IMG/VR virus record: IMGVR_UViG_3300020048_000037
Source of the DNA: an uncultured virus (IMG/VR IMGVR_UViG_3300020048_000037)
Taxonomy: Duplodnaviria > Heunggongvirae > Uroviricota > Caudoviricetes
Reading direction: 5' to 3' (one strand)
DNA: 64,000 bases
Shown: positions 58,333 to 64,000 of the stretch, piece by piece
Layout of the letters: each line of letters starts with the position of its first letter
How positions within the stretch are numbered: position 1 is the stretch's first letter
Translations under genes and position numbers: made by a program
The notes under the pieces: model-generated
Told to the model about the DNA's origin: nothing
What the model saw: only the letters and a program-made list of their open reading frames with translations
The model's database searches: none

Positions 58333-59474
58333 TGAAATATTTAATATATTTTAATGAAAGTATTGAAAATAATATAGATAACTCATCAAATGATTTTACA
58401 ACATTATATGAAGATGATAATTGGATTGTAACAAAAGCAAAATCATACGAGTCTTTAGAAACTTGGTCAGAAGATGGTAATATAAATATGAAAACACATC
58501 GTTATGATTTTTCAAATTTATATTTAAATACAAATAAAAAAGATAATACTAAAATTGTATTAAATTTCGATAGAACAGATTTTTATAATATTGATGATGA
58601 TGTTATTTATTTGAAAGATTTTTTTGATGAAAATAATTATTTATTTAAATTTTATAGTAGTATTATACCATGTGATAATATTGTAAAAGACAATAATGAT
58701 TATTGGCTAGTAGTTAAAGATTATTCATTTTTTGAAGATTACTTTAAATTAGATAGTGGAACAAGACATGATTTAATTAAAGAAATATTATCAGATGAAG
58801 GTTATAATGCAGATTACTCTACATCTAATTTTGAGTTAGATGAAAATATTAAATTAAATAAGGATAATTTAGATATTGTTAAAATTTTATTGTTTCTTGA
58901 AAAAATTGAAAATGATTACGAATATAATATTGATGATATATCTGATTATGATGATGTTGTTAGTATAATAGAAGAATATGATTTAGATGATATTATAAGA
59001 ATATTTAAAAGTTGTATTTGTACAGGACATGAAAGAGCAGATAGTAATGCTGCATGGAACGATATTTTTAATGAAATTGTTTCTTTTTTTGGTATTGATG
59101 AAAATATTATTAAATGGGATCATTATAATAATAGCATAGGACAAATGTTATGGTTAAAATTCAATAGTGAATCTGATGCAAATAATGCTAAATTTATTAT
59201 ACTCAAACCAGATGATAGTTATGAAGATGATATAATTGAATATTCACCACCTTATTATGGATATTCTGGAGATTCAAAATATATAGTAGAAACATTTAAT
59301 GAAGAATTTATTGATAGAATAACAGAATATGATAATGTTGATGTAAATTATGATAAAATAATAGATTATTATAATTTTTTTAAAGAAAAACAAGAAATAA
59401 ATCCGAATATAAAAATCACAGATATATATGGTGATTATAAAATATATTTAGATACTAAAAAATTTAACATATAA
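58332..59474 (+). CDS. Large acidic dual-tag family protein
   Basis: MKYLIYFNE...KKFNI*. Confidence 0.8.
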   Translation: MKYLIYFNESIENNIDNSSNDFTTLYEDDNWIVTKAKSYESLETWSEDGNINMKTHRYDFSNLYLNTNKKDNTKIVLNFDRTDFYNIDDDVIYLKDFFDENNYLFKFYSSIIPCDNIVKDNNDYWLVVKDYSFFEDYFKLDSGTRHDLIKEILSDEGYNADYSTSNFELDENIKLNKDNLDIVKILLFLEKIENDYEYNIDDISDYDDVVSIIEEYDLDDIIRIFKSCICTGHERADSNAAWNDIFNEIVSFFGIDENIIKWDHYNNSIGQMLWLKFNSESDANNAKFIILKPDDSYEDDIIEYSPPYYGYSGDSKYIVETFNEEFIDRITEYDNVDVNYDKIIDYYNFFKEKQEINPNIKITDIYGDYKIYLDTKKFNI

Positions 59475-59475
59475 T

Positions 59476-59994
59476 ATGATAACAATTTTTAAAAAATTTC
59501 AATTAAATGAAACAATGATTTCTCATGATATTAGTGAATTACATAACGGTAATTATTTAAATTTAGAAAGAACAATAAATGGTGATTTGAAAATTAGTTT
59601 GACTGATGAAGGTAGAGAAAAAGTTGAAGAAGATGGAATAAGTGAAGAAACATTTTTTGATTATTTTGAGGATATTACATCAAATTCTAGTTTATTGTAC
59701 ATTACTGATATATCTGAAATAGGTGCAATGATGAATGCTCCTGCTATAGTAATAGGTTATTATTGTGATGATGACGGTAATTATGTTGATATTAATAATG
59801 AAGATTACTCAGAAATTTTTTATTATACTAATTATATTATACGTGATTTTACAGAAGATTTAAAAACTGATGAATATGTAATATTTAAATCATCTGGTAT
59901 ACTTACACCAGAAGAATTAGAAGAATTTGAAGATAGTAAATTAACACCACAAGAAAATGAACTAAAAAAAGCATCAAAAAAATTTAATTTATAA
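59476..59994 (+). CDS. Dual-tag family protein
   Basis: MITIFKKFQLNE...KKFNL*. Confidence 0.8.
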   Translation: MITIFKKFQLNETMISHDISELHNGNYLNLERTINGDLKISLTDEGREKVEEDGISEETFFDYFEDITSNSSLLYITDISEIGAMMNAPAIVIGYYCDDDGNYVDINNEDYSEIFYYTNYIIRDFTEDLKTDEYVIFKSSGILTPEELEEFEDSKLTPQENELKKASKKFNL

Positions 59995-59995
59995 A

Positions 59996-60319
59996 ATGAT
60001 AACAAATTTTAAAATATTTGAATCTAATGATGATATATGTTTTTCAGTAGGTGACGAAGTTACTTGTATTAATGGTTCATTTTCAACCACAGGACCAGTT
60101 AGTTTTAAGAAATATATAGTCATGAGAATTTATGCCAAAAAATGGAATAGTTTTCCAGCTAAAACTATTGTTATTGAACATCAATATGTAACAAAGAAAG
60201 ATATTGATTATTTTCATTGTGATGTTAAAGACATAGAAACAAATATTATTTTAACAGATTGGCTTTGTGAAAGATTTATATCAGAATTAAGACAATCAAC
60301 AAATAAATTTAATTTATAA
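59996..60319 (+). CDS. Dual-tag family, GDxV member (tandem duplicate)
   Basis: MITNFKIFE...NKFNL*. Confidence 0.8.
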   Translation: MITNFKIFESNDDICFSVGDEVTCINGSFSTTGPVSFKKYIVMRIYAKKWNSFPAKTIVIEHQYVTKKDIDYFHCDVKDIETNIILTDWLCERFISELRQSTNKFNL

Positions 60320-60320
60320 A

Positions 60321-60650
60321 ATGATAACAAATTTTAAAATATTTGAATCTAATGATGATATATATTTTTCAGTAGGTGACGAAGTTATATGCATTGATGG
60401 AGAAAAAGATGATATTAATTCTAATATACCTAAAGAATTACATAAATACTTAGTATTGAGAATTTATGAGGAAATTTTTAATAGCGACTGTGATTCAGAA
60501 ATAATTAATCATCAATATGTAACGAAAAAAGATATTGATTACTTTTTTGTTGATGTTAAAAATATTAAAACTAATATGATTTCAAAGCAATGGCTAGCCA
60601 GTAGATTTATGACAGAATTAAGAACAGCAACAAACAAATTTAATTTATAA
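60321..60650 (+). CDS. Dual-tag family, GDxV member (tandem duplicate)
   Basis: First approx. 65 nt nearly identical to 59996 gene. Confidence 0.8.
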   Translation: MITNFKIFESNDDIYFSVGDEVICIDGEKDDINSNIPKELHKYLVLRIYEEIFNSDCDSEIINHQYVTKKDIDYFFVDVKNIKTNMISKQWLASRFMTELRTATNKFNL

Positions 60651-60705
60651 AATATGCATCATTATCATTCATATTGATAATGATGCATTTTATTATGATA
60701 ATAAA

Positions 60706-60867
60706 TTAAATATTATTTAATTTCTCAATTATAATTTTCTCAATATATTCAGAATAGTTTTCAATACCGTTATCCTCACAATATTTTTCCCATAATTTAT
60801 ATACATCAGGATCAATTGAGAATGAAACATGTTTTCTTTTATCTTCTTCGTCTACTTTTTTGCGCAT
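60706..60867 (-). CDS. Small RHH-like protein (type A, cassette 3)
   Basis: Not in ORF track; MRKKVDEEDKRKHVSFSIDPDVYKLWEKYCEDNGIENYSEYIEKIIIEKLNNI*. Confidence 0.75.
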   Translation of the reverse strand: MRKKVDEEDKRKHVSFSIDPDVYKLWEKYCEDNGIENYSEYIEKIIIEKLNNI

Positions 60868-61012
60868 TTGTGTTTTATTTTAATATAATAAAAATATTTT
60901 AAAAAGTTTATTTTATTAAAACTCTAATTATCATAACTTTAATATTATTTGCTAAAAAAATAGCATTTTTGACTTTAATTTATTTATATATACTATAAAA
61001 AAAAATAATATT

Positions 61013-61189
61013 ATGAAAGAGACAAATAGAAAAATTGTAATATCAATATCTTTGAATCCAAAATTATTAGAAACTATAAATAATACAGTTTCTAATCGTT
61101 CTAAGTTCTTAGAGAATTGTATAATATCTGAATTGTGTAAAAGTTCTACAATCAAAGAAGAACTTCATAAAAAAATGTTAATATTATGA
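61013..61189 (+). CDS. Small RHH-like protein (type B, cassette 3)
   Basis: Not in ORF track; MKETNRKIVISISLNPKLLETINNTVSNRSKFLENCII...MLIL*; ATGA overlap with 61186. Confidence 0.75.
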   Translation: MKETNRKIVISISLNPKLLETINNTVSNRSKFLENCIISELCKSSTIKEELHKKMLIL

Positions 61190-62598
61190 TATTAACAAAA
61201 ATAGTAGAAGTTAAAATAGCCAATAAAAATATAAATTATTATAAAGTTAAAGGTTATAAGTGTGAAGTTAATGATATAATATGTGTTAAAATAGAAGATT
61301 TAACTAAAGGTAGTCACGAAAAAATAGTAGTTAAATGTGACAATTGTGGTAAAGAAAATGAAATGACATATCATTCTTATAATTGTAATTTTTATAATTG
61401 TAATTTTCATTATTCTTGTTCTAAATGTTCGGTAGAAAAAACTAAAAAAACAAATTTGGAAAAATATGGTGTTGAACACGTATCTCAATCGAAAGACATA
61501 AGAGAAAAAATTAAAAATACTAGTTTGGAAAGATATGGAGTTGAAAATGCATCTCAAAATATAAGTGTACGTAATAAAATTAAAGAAACTTGTTTGAAAA
61601 AATATGGAGTTGAAAGTTATTCAAAAACAGATGAATATAAAGAAAAATTTAAAGAAACAATGATGACACGATATGGTGTTGAACACCAAATGTATACTCA
61701 AGAAACTAAAGATAAAATTAAAGAAACTTGTTTGAAACGATATGGAGTAGAATACATTTTACAAGATATAGACATAAGGAACAAATCTAAAATAACTTGC
61801 TTGGAAAAATATGGAGTAGACAATTATTCAAAAACAGATGAATATAAAGAGAAATTTAAAGATACTATGTTGAATCTATATGGTGTTGAATATCCTACTC
61901 AAAATTATGAAATTAAAGAGAAAATTAAAAAAATTAATTTAGAAAAATATGGTTTTGAATATCCTATACAGAATTCAATTATTTATGAAAAAGTTAAAAA
62001 TACAAATTTGAAAAGATATGGTGTTGAACATGTTTCACAAAATAAAAAAATAAAAAATAAAAAAATAAAAACTTGTCTTTTTAATTTTGGTGTTGAATAT
62101 CCTACCCAATGTGATCAAGTTCAAGATAAGATTAAAGAAACATGTTTAAAAAAATATGGAGTGGATAATTATTCTAAGACAGAAGAATGCAAAGAAAAAT
62201 TTAAAGAAACAATGTTGGAACGTTATGGTGTTGAAAATCCTCAACAAAGTGAAGAAATTTTTGAAAGAACACAAAAATCAGCGTTTCAGTTAAAGAATTA
62301 TAAAAATTATTTATATAGAGGAACTTATGAATTAGATTTTCTTATTAAATTTAGTGATAAAATAAAAATTGAGAAGGCTAAGTCTATTGATTATTTCTTC
62401 GATAGTAAAAATAAAAAATATCATCCTGATTTTTATCTACCTGATTATAATTTCATAATCGAAATTAAAAGTAGTTATACTTATGAGTGTGAAAAAGAAC
62501 AAAATGATGCTAAAAAAGAAGCCACTATAAATAGTGGCTATAATTTTTTATTCATTGTTGATAAAGATTATACTGAATTGTTTCTAATATTGAAATAA
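61186..62598 (+). CDS. Repeat-rich PD-(D/E)XK homing-endonuclease-like protein (cassette 3)
   Basis: N-terminal zinc ribbon, about 12 x 23-aa KxTxLx(K/R)YGVE repeats, YHPDFYLPDYNFIIEIKS. Confidence 0.8.
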   Translation: MILTKIVEVKIANKNINYYKVKGYKCEVNDIICVKIEDLTKGSHEKIVVKCDNCGKENEMTYHSYNCNFYNCNFHYSCSKCSVEKTKKTNLEKYGVEHVSQSKDIREKIKNTSLERYGVENASQNISVRNKIKETCLKKYGVESYSKTDEYKEKFKETMMTRYGVEHQMYTQETKDKIKETCLKRYGVEYILQDIDIRNKSKITCLEKYGVDNYSKTDEYKEKFKDTMLNLYGVEYPTQNYEIKEKIKKINLEKYGFEYPIQNSIIYEKVKNTNLKRYGVEHVSQNKKIKNKKIKTCLFNFGVEYPTQCDQVQDKIKETCLKKYGVDNYSKTEECKEKFKETMLERYGVENPQQSEEIFERTQKSAFQLKNYKNYLYRGTYELDFLIKFSDKIKIEKAKSIDYFFDSKNKKYHPDFYLPDYNFIIEIKSSYTYECEKEQNDAKKEATINSGYNFLFIVDKDYTELFLILK

Positions 62599-63930
62599 TT
62601 ATTTCTTCTTAGTGTACTCTGTTTGTCCTTCTTTACCTGGTATATCACCCTTCGTACCTTTTTTCTTATCGTCACCAGATGGAATTTCAGACAATAGTTC
62701 TGCTGTATCTGGGTAAATTTGATTTTCAGAATCTGTACTAAAATTAACATTGAAATAATCTTTGAAATTCAAAAGATCATTATTTCGGAGTAAATACTCT
62801 CGGTTCACCATTAATACTTTATCTAAGAAATTTGAAATCTTGCTAATTTCACTATTAAAAATTTCCATAGTTTTACTATTAAAAATACCAATAGGTTTTT
62901 TCAATTTCTTATTAAATGAACTTAATACAAGTTTAAAAATATATTCTATTTTATCATCTGATTTAATATACTCAATAGTTTTATCATTTTTCAATAAAAA
63001 TGTATTTATCTTAAACTTATCTTCAGAGAAAAATGTAGGTATTGATAAATTCCAATTTTTTATTTCTTTTAAAATATTATCAATATATTGATTAAATATG
63101 GCAGATATCAATTCAATATACAATTCATCTTTTGTTATTTCTTTTAATTTCACATTCTCAAAACTAATAAGTTGTAAAAATTCTAAAAAATTTAACAATA
63201 TTAATGAATAATTCTCCAAATATTCTGTTTTGCTATCTAAGCTCATTCTTTCATATGAAGGATTCAAAATTTCAAATGAAAACTCATCATCTCCAGCAAT
63301 TCTAACAATAATTTTTTCTAAATTATCATTAAATCCATCCATTAAAAAAGAATTTTCCAATTTTGGATTTAGTATCTTATAGAAAAAATATGAAAAATTA
63401 GACTCTCCATATACATATTCTAAATCCTCTGATGATGTATGTAAAAATAAATTAATTACTTCTAATTGCTTCTCATTTAATTTACCTTTAAATATTACTG
63501 GTAATGGATCAACATTGAATAATTTAGAATATTCTAATATCTCATTATAATTATATTTATATTTTGTACCTTTAACTATACATGTTAATATCAAATTATT
63601 TAACGGCATTTTCTTATATTCAATATTACCTGGTTGATTATCAGGAAAATATTCAAATACAAACCACCATGTAGTTGATAATAAATTTGTTACAAAATCT
63701 GGAAGAGTTGAGAGATAAACAAAAATTGTATTATAAAATTTTTGTACAGCTAAATCTACGAAATTTAATTCTTCGTTGTTAATTGATTTTGGTTTAATTA
63801 CGAATTTATTACCATTCCATCGTATAAATACCTGTGCACCTTGAATATCTTCATATATTAGTAATTCTTTATCTTTAAGTGTACTAATTAAATTTTCTGG
63901 TTGTTTATTAAGTTTAATAATTTGTGTCAT
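62599..63930 (-). CDS. Conserved jumbo-phage protein, possibly degenerate RNA-ligase fold
   Basis: IYEDIQGA (cf. EKxDG), FEYF, LPVIFKGKL, EKIIVR; catalytic Lys absent. Confidence 0.45.
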   Translation of the reverse strand: MTQIIKLNKQPENLISTLKDKELLIYEDIQGAQVFIRWNGNKFVIKPKSINNEELNFVDLAVQKFYNTIFVYLSTLPDFVTNLLSTTWWFVFEYFPDNQPGNIEYKKMPLNNLILTCIVKGTKYKYNYNEILEYSKLFNVDPLPVIFKGKLNEKQLEVINLFLHTSSEDLEYVYGESNFSYFFYKILNPKLENSFLMDGFNDNLEKIIVRIAGDDEFSFEILNPSYERMSLDSKTEYLENYSLILLNFLEFLQLISFENVKLKEITKDELYIELISAIFNQYIDNILKEIKNWNLSIPTFFSEDKFKINTFLLKNDKTIEYIKSDDKIEYIFKLVLSSFNKKLKKPIGIFNSKTMEIFNSEISKISNFLDKVLMVNREYLLRNNDLLNFKDYFNVNFSTDSENQIYPDTAELLSEIPSGDDKKKGTKGDIPGKEGQTEYTKKK

Positions 63931-64000
63931 ATAATTCTTTTGTTTTTTGAACTTTATGTTATATAGTTAATTATTTGAGTTCATTTATAATTAGTATATA

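Noticed and set aside
8171..60650. Classical integron or diversity-generating retroelement behind the arrays
   Set aside because: No integrase, attC-like palindromes, reverse transcriptase or TR/VR pair visible in the window.
60952..61155. ORF-track ORFs antisense to real genes (also 4331..4546, 1243..1515, 1593..1874, 40372..40647, 49530..49817, 62762..63091 and similar)
   Set aside because: They overlap better-supported genes on the opposite strand and have no motifs.
61440..62260. Approx. 69-bp periodic repeats as a CRISPR array
   Set aside because: They are degenerate in-frame coding repeats (KYGVE units) of the endonuclease.
62599..63930. Active RNA ligase
   Set aside because: The motif I lysine (KxDG) is absent (EDIQG); only weak resemblance.
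1..64000. Stop-codon reassignment (TAG to Gln, as in Lak-type phages), suggested by the Gln tRNAs
   Set aside because: Genes are full length in code 11, TAG ends some ORFs (3767, 8157, 33417), and no tRNA has a CTA anticodon.

Overview
Very AT-rich, gene-dense fragment of a large T4-related (jumbo) phage genome. It has a gp32-like SSB, gp23- and gp21-like fragments, several homing endonucleases, an intein, a Dam-like methylase, gmhA and a tRNA cluster. Repeated TAtcTTTG promoter boxes point to a Bacteroidota host (inference). Standard genetic code; four short N gaps. Main unexplained structures: (1) 56982-57482 (-): a 17-codon leader peptide with five consecutive Gln codons (CAG CAA CAA CAA CAA) and a complete set of mutually exclusive terminator/antiterminator hairpins sits directly upstream of four tRNA genes that all have Gln anticodons. 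This looks like a ribosome-stalling attenuator that switches on phage tRNA-Gln when charged tRNA-Gln runs low. One of the four tRNAs has a Leu-type body. (2) About 43 otherwise diverse genes lie in tandem arrays and share an N-terminal MK(Y/H)(I/L)KxFE tag (like the T4 capsid-targeting sequence) and a C-terminal K(F/Y)N(I/L/V)-stop tag. (3) A second, non-overlapping set of about 18 genes shares a C-terminal RxxK(I/L)xx(I/L) tag. (4) Three copies of a cassette with two divergent ribbon-helix-helix-like genes coupled to different endonucleases. (5) An orphan TnpB-like gene that appears to lack its third RuvC aspartate. (6) A short transcription unit encoding two related decapeptides. All family assignments come from reading motifs by eye; no database searches were run.
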